DNA of 64,000 nt from Octopus vulgaris. Lineage: Eukaryota. Location of the stretch: positions 52,576,001 through 52,640,000 of the forward strand of contig OX597819.1 of the NCBI GenBank assembly GCA_951406725.2, in the 5' to 3' direction. Shown in pieces: positions 26,177 to 40,185 of this stretch (position 1 is the first letter of the stretch; each line of letters opens with the position of its first letter). Both the position numbers and the translations under genes were made by a program. Below the pieces are notes generated by a model. That model was not told the DNA's origin. It saw nothing but the letters and a program-made list of their open reading frames with translations, and searched no databases.

Positions 26177-27033
26177 CTGTGAGGGAGGTCACAGCTCCAG
26201 TACTGTAGACATGTGGTAAGAATATCTCAGGAAAGTATAACAGTGCTAACTAGCAAGAAACCTTGGGATGGACAGTTAGGGTTAGGGTTAGGATATGGGT
26301 GATTAATTTCAGTTAGTTATTTATGTTTGGGGATCCAACATGCATGGTTGAGAGGTTAAGGAATTTGGCTGGCATTCAAATGATTCCAGGTCCAAATCTT
26401 ACAGTACAGCACTTGGAGTGTAATGACAGTTGCTTCTGATAGGATTCTATCGAGGAGTTGCTGAGGACTGTACCCACCATGTCCATCCCAGGAATAATGA
26501 TTGATGAAAATGAAAGAAAAAAAAACAGATGATGTTTTATGAGTGATGTCTCTTTCACCCGATTAGACATATTCTCATCAGATCTGTTGTCATAAATGCA
26601 GTGAGTTAGTGATTGGTCCATTGGAAACCTGTAACCAATAAGGCTATTGCCCACCAATTGTGATCTAAAGCAGAGAAGTATGAACATAAGTTATTCTTGC
26701 AGCTTATTTTTTAGTAAACAGTTTGTTAACAGCAGCGAAACAAATGGCTAACACATTCAACCATGGAGGGATTTGAACTGATGAAAGAAAAGCATCGTTG
26801 TTCATAGTGCCGTTACGAACTGCACAACCTTAAGTAATTGTGTGTGTATGTGTATCTCCAGGCATTTACATGTACATGTGAGCAACAGAGTTGTATACAC
26901 AAATGCCTTTTATCATCATCATCATCATCATCCATATTAACTATTTCTGTTCTAGTTTATACATGATTATACATATTCTCCTTAAGTATAGATTAGGATT
27001 TAAAATGAGACATCTACAAGTTTACTTATTTCG

Positions 27034-27076
<43 letters not shown>

Positions 27077-28061
27077 ATTCATTCTTTAGCATTTCAATTG
27101 TATTTTGTTCATCTTTAAAGGTAGGACATATCTAGATTCATAAGAAGCTGGTAGAGTAAATAAATAAAATAAAAGTAAATAACTAGATAAATAAAACCTT
27201 CATATGCTTGATTTTTAATCCTAATCCAGGATTTAAAAAGAAGTAAAAATTCTCAAGAGTTTCCAAAGGAACAAACATGGCAGAAGGAACCCAGCGTGTT
27301 ATCAGCTTTCTCTATGTATGTATATATGTATGAATGTATGTGTGGCCTGTGTGTGTGTGTGTGTGTATATATATATGTATGTATGTATATACATAAATAT
27401 ATCAATATATATATGAGTATATATTTATATATATGTATGTGTATATATATGTACATATTTATATAGATATATCAATATAAATGTATATAAATACATACTT
27501 GTGTGTGTGTGCCTGTGCATGCATGTGTGTATGTATATGTGTATATATAAGTATATATACACACGTACTCACACACATTAACTGACTCTATGCTCTTTCT
27601 CCAAAAGTATACACGGAGCACTCTAAATATCTTCCTCTTTTTTTTTCTTGTTACTCATGAGAACATCTATCTGTACACCTTTATACACAAATATGTGTGA
27701 GACAAAAATGGAAGAGGGTGAAATTTAAAAGTTCTGTGAATTAAACAGAGCATGCCATTCACATTTGCAAGTTTTACCATCTTCCTGCAGGGAAGGATAT
27801 AATGGAAATATGTATTGTGTCTTTCTATTTTGTTCTGGATCAAATTTTTTTGATAATTTCATAGTTGTTCTACACAAGATATAAAGGCTCAAACTTAGGT
27901 AATTTACACAGGAACAAAAGTTCTTACAAAGTGTACCAAAGATATATCTCTTTCCTTTATGAAATGAGATAATTTCACTCAATAATTTGGTGAAAAAGGA
28001 AGTAAGAGATCTGATTAAAGTAATTTTTCTCAAAATTTCCTTGTTCTACCATTGTCCATAA

Positions 28062-28282
28062 TTAACCCATTCATTAACAACCTGGCTGAAACTGGCTCTG
28101 GCTCTGAATACAAATGTTTTGTTTTCATAAGTTTCAAATTAAAATCTTCCACCAAACCTTAGTTATAATTTATGTTCCTAATACTAGCCAAATGATAACT
28201 AAGTTATTTTACAAAATTCTTTGTTATATTTAAAGCAATTGAAAGAAACACAGAGCATCTCAAAATAAATACAGTGGGTTAA
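28062..28282. mobile_element. TTAA-flanked MITE
   Basis: TTAACCC...GGGTTAA ends; internal sequence matches 6265-6494. Confidence 0.8.
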
Positions 28283-28889
28283 TCTACAGCACCAAGAAAC
28301 TATCATCATTAGCACTACATAGACAAGCCATCCATGTTCTAGCATATTTCTAGTCTTGTAATTTAACAGACTACTCAGCTATTCAAATCATTCTAAGACA
28401 AAGAGTAGAGATGATGCAGGAGGAAAGAGCAAACCAGAAAAGTAAGAGAATAGAGAAAGACTAGGCATGAAGAACAGGATAGGAGATGGTAGATATGAGG
28501 AGATATAAGAGAGAAAAGACAAGGAAAAGGAAACAGGTATAACAAAGAGTGGAATGGAAATGACAGCTGGAAGAAACAAAAAATTGACAGAGAGAAAAGA
28601 GGGCAGAGAAAAATAGAGAAGCCAGATATAGAAGGACTTATGGTTTATGGTTTAAAAGGAGTATGAGAAGTAAGGACTGTTCAAAAAGGACCTTGATGGC
28701 GGAAGGAGTATGGTGGCAATTTGTGTTCACAGTTGAAATGCATGTCCTCATCAGGAAAGATAATGAAGGTGAAGAAGGACGAGAAGGGACCAAAAGGAGG
28801 AAGATCTTAACACATGCAAAAATAAGACATGTAATAATAACTTGAAAGAAATAAAGATTGAGAATGTGTGAGTGTGCATATGTGCATAT

Positions 28890-28927
<38 letters not shown>

Positions 28928-29479
28928 TAGAGGGCGAGAGCAAGAAAGAAAATAGGACTGTATTAAAATTTAAACAGGGCATTATGATGGTGAAAGTGGT
29001 GGTGGTGGTGGTGGTGGAAGTAGTGGCAGAAGTAGTGGTGGTGGTGGTGGTGGTGATGAATGTAGTATCTGTAATGATGGTGGTGGTGGTGGTGGTTGTG
29101 TTGCTAGTGGTATTTATGACATTAAGTAAGTCTCCTACTTTCAAGTGACCATCTAAGAGAACCCACCACCAGCCAAATCAATGTGTCACAAGATGAAGTT
29201 TCTGAAGTAGGATTAAGTGGATTAGTTGCCGTGATTTCGTTCTTTGGTAGCCCAAGGGCAAGCATAAGTCTTGATCATAGATACAAACTGTAACCAAGGC
29301 TGCTTCTCCTAATTCAAGCGATTAACCACTTTATATAAAGCTAATAATATGTTAAACCGAAGCTAAATAATCCACATTCAACGAAAATGGGGGGAAAAAA
29401 AAACAAAGAAAGAAAGAAAAGTATGCTAAGTTAAAATTAAATTTTAAAATAAACATAAAAAACTTTTTGACAACAATAA

Positions 29480-29882
29480 GTACAGGCATAGCTGTGTGGT
29501 TAAGAAGAGCTTGCTTTGTAGCTATGCAGTTTCAGGTTCAATTCCAGTGTATGACACCTTGGCAAGTGTTTTCTACTATGGTACCAAGCTGACCAAAGCC
29601 TTGTGAATGAATTTGGTAGATGGAAACTGAGTGGAAGATCATATTGTGTGCACACACACACACACACACAATGAATGTGTGTGTGTGTGTGTGTGTGTTT
29701 ATACCTGTATTTATTCATCACCACCACTTGACAACCAGTGTTGGTTTCTTTGCATCTCTGTAACTTAACAGCTCAGCAAAACTGACTGATAAAATAAGTA
29801 TCTGATTCTTAAAAAAATAATAAGTACTGAGGGCAATTTTTTTGGACTAAATCCTTCAACATGGTGCTCCAGCATAGCCACT
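29480..29882 (+). mobile_element. SINE family A, older copy
   Basis: CAGGCATAGCTGTGTGGTTAAG head, CACCTTGGCAAGTG core and GGTGCTCCAGCATAGCCAC 3' motif. Confidence 0.8.
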
Positions 29883-30976
29883 ACATGGAAAGGTAGATGT
29901 TGCACAATGATGATGATGACTACTCACTTCAGCTCAAGCCAAGTTGAAGTACCTAATTTTTCTCCAATGACTACATATATTTTCACTCACTATCCAAACC
30001 TCTTCACTAAACAATTTAATCATTTCTTCCACCCTAGAAACACAATCTTCTGGAAATTCCCTCCAGCCACATTTTTCCCTATAGATGTCATCTTACAGAC
30101 GTTCAGTTTGTTTATCAACCACATTGTGGCTTTGCCAGTTTGGAATGACATCTGAAAGTTATGAACACTGCCTATGAGTAATTACTGTCAGAGGAAATCT
30201 ATTATACCAGAAGTTGTAGCAGATTCATGTTTAAAGATCGGATTCCGTCCTACAAACAATTATTACAACAGAATTATTCTGATATTTTTAGCCAGATGCC
30301 AACACTAGAGAAGTTATCTCCACACTTACAACCTTTTATGTGTGTAATATTAGTTACAAGTAGTGAATATAGTCCTAACTATTGTTGCCAATGCAGATAT
30401 AAAGTTGTTTAATCCCAAGATAAGCCCTTGCCAACGAGATGCATGACGAGAGATGTTCCAACTGTGGCCATCTCATCTTTTCTTCTAGATATAGTGTTTT
30501 TTGTATATATTATCCAATATCACTTATTTTTTGCACACACCCCCAAGAACAACCAATGATAGGGAGAAATTAATGGGACATTTGGTTTCCATTTCTAGCA
30601 GACCTAGGAACTATGCAGAGGTACCCTCCTTAACACAACAATACTAATATTCTTTATAATCACACTTGCAGCTCCAACATTGGTTGTAAAGCTCAATACA
30701 AATTATGGTGTGTGTGCATATATGTGTGTGTGTGTGTGTGCATGCATGAATACGTATGTGTGAACATGTGTGTAAGTATGTGCATGTGTGTGAATGTCTG
30801 AACATATGCGTATGAACACTTGTAAGCAAATGTGTGTGTATGAGTGAGAGTGAACATGAATGTGTGCGTACACAAACACCCCTTTTATTTTATTTTTCCA
30901 ACTTGAAGTAACGCAGTGTGCACAGTAGAGGGAGTGAGAGGTGCTAGCTGAAGAACTAGTTACAATCAATAGAAAA

Positions 30977-31011
<35 letters not shown>

Positions 31012-31479
31012 TTAAATGGACAGGCGGAATGATCAGATATTTTTCAATTAGGCCACTTGATCAATAGTGCAAAATTTCTTCTCTAATCTAACATCAGTCG
31101 GACAGAAGATTCCTTCAGTTAGATTGTCGACTTGTGGGAAGCCGATATTTCTTCCAGTGTATGTATATGAGTGCGAGTGACAATATGCACCAGCAACACC
31201 AATGGCTGCCAGCAGTGATTGGATACTAGAGACAATTCCGTTCCGTGATTGTTTCCTTGTGACAATGAAAGCTGGATAATATCTGCATTATTACATCAGA
31301 GTAAAAACCCTCCTGGATATACTTAGTATTGCATTTTGAATGGCTACAGCGACTTCCACACGTGTACTACCACTATGGCTATCGTCACTGCCAACAACAA
31401 CAACGACAACCACCACTGCCACCGCCGCCACCACAACAACAACGACAACTTAAAACATGACTAACGATATCACCACCAA

Positions 31480-31932
31480 AAGCAATAATACATCAATGAC
31501 CAAAGCCTTCACAGCTACCACAGCTGTATCATATATCATCGCATTTTGTGTGTGACTATGCGTGTGCATGTGTGCACTTGACTGTGTCTGTGTGCCCACA
31601 CATGCATATAAGACTGATGACACACGTGTGTATGCATGCACACATGCACACAAATATATATGCATGCATGCATGCAGGTATATACAGGCATATATCTGTG
31701 TATAAACAGGCAGATACATGCATATATTTGGGTGAACACAGACATATGTTGTGTGTGTGTGAAAATATGTGAGCATGTAAGTGTGTGCCTACCATTTATA
31801 CATGTATATATGAATGTGTACTAGAGCATATGTATTTATTATATGTATGTACACACGTGTATATAAACACACGTGCGCACACACGTACAGGCATGTGTAT
31901 ATATACGCATGCTCACATGTGTGTATAAATAC

Positions 31933-31968
<36 letters not shown>

Positions 31969-32039
31969 AACACACACAAATATACAAATACAATTTTATG
32001 TGTATATATGTACATACATTGTGTGAGTGTATGTGTGCC

Positions 32040-32081
<42 letters not shown>

Positions 32082-32175
32082 TACATACATACAAACACAC
32101 ACACATACATGCATATACATATATATATACACATATGCATACATACATATATAGACACACACACAAACATGCATA

Positions 32176-32229
<54 letters not shown>

Positions 32230-32255
32230 CAAACGTGAATATACATATACATACA

Positions 32256-32288
<33 letters not shown>

Positions 32289-32330
32289 TATACATACATA
32301 TATATATATATATAGACACACACACAAACA

Positions 32331-32377
<47 letters not shown>

Positions 32378-32425
32378 ATACACACACACACACACACATG
32401 TTCGTATGTGTTCATACACATATAT
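31480..32425. repeat. Compound (TA)/(CA)/(TG) microsatellite field
   Basis: Directly visible. Confidence 0.95.
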
Positions 32426-33064
32426 CAGACATACTGTCAAGTCCACATTGAATCCTACTTTCATGTGATTAAACAGATGTTCACAAATCAATGCTGGAAG
32501 TAGTCAGGAGAGAAAGAAGCAGAGTAAATGATCTTCTGCCAGACTTGACTGTCATTGATTACTGCCTGCTCTCAGCCTAATTGCTATTACTGCCAATAAA
32601 CAGTTAAAATGACCTAACCACACAACAATAGCCCCGTCTATTCTGGCCAGACCCGATCACACACCCACCCTCTCTCTCTGTTCTATTCCCTGCACACTGC
32701 CTACCACCGCCACTACCACCAGCTCACAGTACAACCATACTAAGTTAATACACCAGACCAGACCAGACCAAGCCACACAACAGTGGCCAATGCAAATCAA
32801 TATGTGGTGGGAATGGAGGGAGATGGACAGGCAGATAGAATGAGAGAGAGAAAGAAAGAAAAAGAGGGTGAAAGAAAGAGGTGGACTTAATTTTTAATCT
32901 TATTTTCACAGACTTTCCCTTTCATTTTCAACTAGTGGTCATTAAAAGGAATAATCACTTCAGTATTTAGATATGATGATGATCATGATAATGATAAGGT
33001 GGTAGACGAGAAGGAGGGAGTATAATGATACAAATAAAGAAAATGATAGTAATAATAATAATTA

Positions 33065-33455
33065 TCTCAAAATTTTAGCTCAAGGCCAGCAAGGTTAGAG
33101 GGAGGGGGGTTAGTACATCGGCCCCAGTAGTTGACTGGTACCTTATTTTATCGGCACCAGAAGGATGAAAGGTAAAGTCGACTCCCAGCAATATTTGAAT
33201 TCAGGACAGAAACCAGTTGAAGAAATACCACAAAACATTTTTCCAAAATGCTCTAACAATTCTGTCAAAGAATAATAATTTCTAATTTAGAGTCAATGCC
33301 AGCAATTTTCAGGTTAATTGATTAAACTGACCCCAGGTCTTGATTGGCACTTCATTCCAGAGGGATGAAGCAAAGTTGACCTCTGAACGTAGAAAGCCAG
33401 AACACATACTGCAAGCCATTTTGACTGATGCTTTCACAATTCTACCAATTCTCTG
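33065..33455 (-). mobile_element. Two degenerate tandem SINE family B copies
   Basis: CAAGGCCAGC...GACTGGTAC...GGATGAAAGGTAAAGTCGAC motifs, flanked by (AAT)n. Confidence 0.7.
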
Positions 33456-34963
33456 CCATCCAATGGCACACAGTCAGACATTTTGTGAAGGACAATGTAC
33501 AGTGTTGATTAAATCACACTCAGTACGCCACTGGTATTTATTTGATTAACCCTCATTCCATCCCAGATGGATGAAGAGCAAACTAGAAGCAATATGGTTG
33601 AGTGGATAAGGCACTGGACTACCTGCTCATGGGTTGTATGTTCAAATCTTGCTTTCGGTAACTGAATTTAACTAACTTTCGGGGAACAGCTCCTAAAAGG
33701 ACCAACATGCAGTACTTCAGCATCAGACTGCCTTGTCTTTGGATATGGTTTCTGGGTTTGGTAACAAACTGATATGACAGCCAGTGTGCATGTGCATTAC
33801 CCACTATTGTGCACATCCTCCGAAGATGCCAGAAATTACCTTCAAAAATGATTTTATGTTGTTGCTCCTCTTAATGGAAATAGCAACCAAATCTCCTTCA
33901 CATCACATCCTACTGTTTTAAAACAGGACACATCAGATAGTGCAGTCTGGATTATACTATACCTGAAAATAAAGGTTGGATGGTCATATATGGCATGCCT
34001 TTAATCAAGAGATCAGCTTGACCAGAGTTGACCAGGGGCTAATTAACAAGAATAACAGCAACAACAAGAATGGTTCCATACATAGATATATTGCCTATCA
34101 TGTATAAAAGAAGAGACAATGGAATTTGTGAAGTTCATGTTGTTATTATTAAAAGCTGGAGCAGTCACACATTGGACATTCATGCTACTTTTATTTAATG
34201 ACACTTTTGAACAACAGGAAGCCATTCAAACTGAGGCCTGGAACCAGATTCCATTGACAAAGAACTGGCCATTGCATCACGCATGGCAATGTAAATATTA
34301 TTAAATTAGTAGTGATTCAATTGGTTTTCAGACATCTGGGATGGAGAAGTAAGAAAGAAATCTTCCCACCAGAAGTCTAAAGTTAATTTGGTAAATGTTA
34401 TATCTCTTAAAACTTTCTGCATGAAGATTTCAGATTACTTGTGGTTGATTTAGACATGAAGTTAAGAAGAGTAACAGAAAAAAAAGCTTGCTGCCTTACA
34501 GCTACAAATTCCAGTGCCTCACAGACACTGTCATCACTACCGTCATCATCATTATACATCCACTTTCCATGCTGGCATGGATTGGACAGGGCCATCATGA
34601 CTGGTGTCAGCATGTATTCAGAGATGGGTCAGAGACTTTGACTCACTCACATTTCATTTTTGGCTCGATTGCATAATATAGAATGTAATGTGTGCATTTT
34701 GAGTAGCACCAGCACTAGAGATATGTCATGTCCTTGATAAGATTTAAAGGGCCTTCAATGCTTATACTTCCTGTTTCAAAGTTATCCAAATTAAAACCTT
34801 TTGTCAAAATTTCGTGTTAATTTATGTTCCAAACACCAGCTTAATAATAGTTATTTTTGTAAAGTCTTTTTCAAAACTATTTTCAAAACTAACTGAAATA
34901 CAGGGTTAAAATAAATGGAAGCTGTGACTATAATTCCTTTCTCAAAGATACTACACGAGAGGT

Positions 34964-35189
34964 TTAACCCTTTTGACACCAACCTACTCAAAATCACCCA
35001 GGGTTTTATAATACACATTTTCTGTTTTTTAAGTAATCTAAATTAAAAACTTTCATAAAAAATTTCATGTTGATTTATGTTTTAAGTACCAGCTTAATAA
35101 GTTATATTTACTGAATTTTCTGTCATTTTCAAAATTGATTGAAACACAAGCAGCGTAAATCAACAGAAACATGATAACAAAAGGGTTAA
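34964..35189. mobile_element. TTAA-flanked MITE (partial sister copy at about 34770-34909)
   Basis: TTAA-CCCTTTTGACACCA ... TGATAACAAAAGGG-TTAA. Confidence 0.8.
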
Positions 35190-35238
35190 AGAAAGCAAAA
35201 TGTTAAGATTTATACTTCCCAAAATCTTTACTACAATA

Positions 35239-35640
35239 GGCGCAGGAATGGCTGTGTGGTAAGTAGCTTGTTTACCAACCACATGGTTCCGGGTTCAGTC
35301 CCACTGCGTGGCACCTTGGGCAAGTGTCTTCTACTATAGCCTCGGGCCGACCAAAGCCTTGTGAGTGGATTTGGCAGACGGAAACTGAAAGAATCCCATC
35401 GTATATATGTATATATAAATGTGTGTGTGTGTGTGTGTGTATTTGTCTCCCCAACATCACTTGACAACCAATGGCAGTGTGTTTACGTCCCCGTGACTTA
35501 GCGGTTCAGGAAAAGAGACTGATAGAATAAGTACTAGGCTTACAAAGAATAAGTCCTGGGGTTGATTTGCTCGACTAAAGGCAGTGCTCCATCATGGCCA
35601 AAATCAAATGACTGAAACACATAAAAGAGAGAGAGTAAGG
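35239..35640 (+). mobile_element. SINE family A, young full-length copy
   Basis: GGCGCAGGAATGGCTGTGTGG A-box, GGGTTCAGTCCC B-box, CCTTGGGCAAGTGTCTT core, internal microsatellite and AAAAGAG tail; many CpGs retained. Confidence 0.92.
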
Positions 35641-36053
35641 AGTATGCAGAGTTATTTCAGCCCAAAACTGAAAGTAAGCCATAGATTCTGCTCTTAGAAA
35701 ATTTTCTTCTATAAGGCAGGCATTAATAGCGCTCAGACTGGGCCAAAACAGATCATTCAAATAAGCATAAGAATATTTTGTCCACTGGACAACATGCAAC
35801 TGTGTAAGGTATAAAAATGAGCTATTGTTAACCCCAAGTTGCTTCCTGATTGAATAGAGGAGCTATGATCCAGTGGACAACTATTTTGTGTATCTACGAC
35901 TTGATTGTCCAAAGTTATACCATTTTAAATGGTTTGGTGTGATATGAAGGCAATTTGGTTGCTATTTCTAGAAGATTGAGCAATGACAGTATCAGTTTTA
36001 CTTTTAAGTTCATGAACAAGTGACTCAACCTGATCAGTTCACCATCGTTTGTG

Positions 36054-36382
36054 ATCATCATCATCATCATCATTTAGCGTCAGGCTTTCCATGCTAGCAT
36101 GGGTTGGACGGTTCAACTGGGGTCTGGGAAGCCAGAAGGCTGCACCAGGCCCAGTCTGATCTGGCAATGTTTCTACGGCTGGATGCCCTTCCTAACGCCA
36201 ACCACTCCATGAGTGTAGTGGGTGCTTTTTACATGCCAGACGAGGCTGGCAAATGGCCATGGTCAGATGGTGCTTTTTACATGCCACCGGCACAGGGGCC
36301 AGGTGAGGCTGGCAACGGCCACGATCGGATGGTGCTTCTGTCAAACAGCCACAGTCGGATGGTGCTTTTTATGTGCCACCGT
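36054..36382 (-). mobile_element. RTE-type LINE 3' UTR fragment with (GAT)n tail and internal GGTGCTTTTTA repeats
   Basis: Homologous to 58071-58290. Confidence 0.8.
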
Positions 36383-37000
36383 GATGATTATATCATCTTG
36401 TCGATACACTATTACAACAGTATGGTTTGTGAAGAGAGTGTGTAATAAGGAACACACAGGGGGGGGGGGGACGTTACATGGTCTGGTGCACATACACTGA
36501 TACTACCTGATGGAACAAAAAATAGGTTCAACTCCCTACTTCAGTGTTGAGTGGTTAATGACAGGAAAAGCATGAAGATAAAAAGATGGAAAATTATTTT
36601 AACAACTCAGCTTATCAACTGCAAGCATAATATTTAAAACACCAGCAATGGATGTTAAACAATAGCCAGAAAATGATATCCAACACTGCAAACATGTTCC
36701 AGAGATTTGATAGACTGTGAAGGGGAGGAACAGGGAAAGAATCACAACTGAAATATAAGAAACATAAATGAAATAATGTAAAACATATTTTAAGTGTATG
36801 GATACGAGCTAATGAGAGACCCTTTTACATGGTCATTGAGCCTCTGAGAAATAGCAGTCAAGTTTCCCCCCAAATCAATATACTAGCAGCTTCAAAAAAC
36901 AGTGGATAATGTAGTCCAAGATACATAAAAAGTTGGGATTGTCATTGTCAGAAAACCTTTGAGCATAAATTTGCACAATTATATATTTATATATATATAT

Positions 37001-37180
37001 TCTCTTTTACTTGTTTCAGTCATTTAGTCGAACAAATCAATCCCAGGACTTATTCTTTGTAAGCCTAGTATGTATTCTATCAGTTTCTTTTACTGAACCG
37101 CTAAGTTAAGTGGACATAACCCCACCAACACTGGTTGTCAAGCGATGGTGGGGAGTACAAACATAGACACACAAACATGC

Positions 37181-37211
<31 letters not shown>

Positions 37212-37357
37212 GCTTCTTTCACTTTACATCTACCAAATCTACTCACAAGGCTTTGATCGGCCCAAGGCTTTAACAGAAGACACTTGCCCAAGGTGCCACA
37301 CAGTGGGACTGAATCCGGAACCATATGATTGGTAAGCAAGCTACTTACCACACAGCC
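37001..37357 (-). mobile_element. SINE family A
   Basis: Reverse complement of the 35239 copy, with a short deletion in the 3' body. Confidence 0.88.
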
Positions 37358-38399
37358 ACACACACACACATATATATATATACACACATATGCACAAGCA
37401 TATACATACAGATGCTACCATACATACACGTTTTGTTGTTTTTTTTTTTTTAACAGAGCTACAGGTAAGAGACTATTTTATTGTAATCTAATAGCATCCA
37501 GCAGGTCTGTGATATATTTACTGCAGAAGATGAGAAGCTAGTGGAACTGAAAGGAATTTACAAGCATACATTAAATATAACAGTACCTACTGCCAGCATA
37601 GAGCAGAACCAAATGGTCTTAATATTTCAACCACACACACATGCACGCACACATCCATCTGTGGTCATGTGAAGAGTAGTATGTGTGCGTGAATACATGT
37701 ATGCACACATTTCAATATGAGAACACAGAAAATATATATATATATATATAACACACACAGCAAATTTTTTTTTAAATGTCCATGTGTGACACTGTAAGCA
37801 TGACTATGCTTATATGCGTCTGTGCATGTGTTTGTATGTGTGTTTATATGTGTGTGTCAACACAGATCACATGTATACACACACACACATATATATAAAC
37901 ATATATACATGACACCTTTGATTGCACACATTCCAACCCAGCAACCTGTATAATTAGTGACATTAAACTGTAACATCTGTTGGAAGACTAGTTGCCTAAT
38001 GTTTTTAAGACCTCACATTAACCAGGAACTGCGCACACACACACACACACACACATATAACACACATGCACACGCAGAGGCACCTAAACAATAAGAAGCT
38101 TATGGTCAAATGAACAGGTATTAAAAATGAACTTCTTGCTTCAAGATGGGAAAGGAATGATAAAAGCTTTCTCCGCCTCCTTTATCACTACAAAGAACAC
38201 CCACTCTCTCTCTCTTTCTCCAGCAAGACCTCCATCACTACGACTACCACAGCCAGTGCTGCCACCACTACCACCACCATCAAGAAGTCTATAAAGTAAA
38301 AGAAGAAGAAAAAAATAGAACAGCTAAACAATACCAAGATGATGGTATGATAAAATGTTAGTTACTAAGTAATAATGACAGTAATAATAATGACAATAA

Positions 38400-38447
<48 letters not shown>

Positions 38448-39039
38448 CAGCAGCAGCAGCAGCAGTATGGGCAATAATAATGATGATGGTATTTTCTTGC
38501 ACAAGCACAAGACCAATAAAATGAATGACAATAAAAACAATATTGTTCGTTGTTGTTGTTGTTGTTTTCATTGAATTTATTATCATTATTGTTGTTGTTG
38601 TTGTTGCTGCTGCTACTTTTGCTTTTTCATTTCTATAGGATTTGAAAGAGAGAGAGAGGGAGAAGGGGAAGACAAAGTAGTTGGAGCCATTTTGCTGAAT
38701 TTATTTATTATTCATAAGAATACAAGAGTTAAATCAGCAAAAGACTATTATTATCATAGTAAATACATATCAGTGAAGTGAGATATGTTTTTTTTTAATG
38801 TTGTTTTTCTTTGGTTTTTCTATTTTATTTTTTTGTTGGCATCAAGTTTTTTATTTTATTTATTTTACAGTAAAGAGCTTCTGACCTTAACACACAATAC
38901 ACAAGAGACTGTGTGTGTGTGTGTGTGTAGTAGATAGAGAGGCATACAGACAGATGTATGGACATACATACATAGACACATATACACAACCATACATTTA
39001 TACATACAGGAACATGTATTTTATTTCCTTTTTTCCACA

Positions 39040-39150
39040 CTCCTTCCTTCATTCTTTCTAACTTATTGAAGAGGAGTTGAAGCTCGAAACGTCAAAGGCA
39101 CTTCCTTATTTTGAATCCCTCAGCAAGCGTCAAACTAATAATTACATTTT
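39040..39150 (+). mobile_element. Degenerate Penelope-like terminal remnant with hammerhead-like motif
   Basis: TTGAAGA-G-GAGT(tgaa)GCTC-GAAA-CGTC at 39066-39093; the first core C is replaced by T. Confidence 0.4.
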
Positions 39151-40150
39151 GTCTAGTGTGTGTGTGTACATTTAGCATGCATGTATAAACATACACTTGC
39201 ACATGTGTCTGTGTGTACATACATATATATTCACACACACATACAGATGCATACAAGCTGATGGTATGTAAGATCTGTACACATGGTAATTTATGAAGAA
39301 AAAAATGGCTGACATTGCAATAGAATATATGCATGCACATGCGTATACATATATATGCACACATACAAACAAAAGACAAATTGTCACATGCACATATAGA
39401 AACATGATGCAAAAGTATGTTATATAAATATACATCAAACAGACATACACACATTGCAGCACACACATCACACATATACCTACACACGTGCATACACACA
39501 GCACACATATACCTACACACAGGGTTTTATAAATACATGCATATGTAATGAACTGAAAATAGATAGGACCTCTCTCTCTCTCTTTCTCTGTATCTCTTTT
39601 TCTCCCTGCATTGTTCCCTCATTCTTTCTATTGGTGTTCACATACATCGCAGTTTTAGAGTGTATAGATTCAATATGCATAACCAAACCTTAAATGTCTC
39701 ATTAGATATTCTCTGCAAAAAGCGGAACCGCTGAAAAGCACACAATTATTTGTCTGCGTGTGCAGCCTTTGTGATCGATGATTTGTGACTTCTGAACTAG
39801 CTGCACAGATACCAATCATTATGGTGCTTGCCATACAATAAGATTTGGAACGTGGGTGAAGTGAAAAAGATAGATAGATAGAGACATAGGAGTATGTATG
39901 TATGCATGTATGTATATATATGTGCGTGAGTGTGTGTTTGTGTGTGCATATATGTATTTATGTATGTACACACACACACATATATATATATATACATATA
40001 TATATAATGCAAAAAAGGCATGAAAGTCAGAAAGATAAATCAGAAATGAAACAGAGATACAAAAATAAAAACCGGAGAAAAATGATAGATGGATAGATAC
40101 TATATATATATATATATATATATAATATGCTCCATGTATCTACCTTTATA

Positions 40151-40185
<35 letters not shown>

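Noticed and set aside
26276-26292. Telomere
   Set aside because: Fewer than three TTAGGG units at an internal position; kept only as part of the direct-repeat finding.
35902-35913. TGATTGTCCAAA matches the 5' end of miR-219
   Set aside because: Only 12 nt match, it lies inside a family D repeat, and there is no hairpin.
37981-37992. TGGAAGACTAGT matches the 5' end of miR-7
   Set aside because: The match ends after 12 nt and no precursor hairpin is evident.
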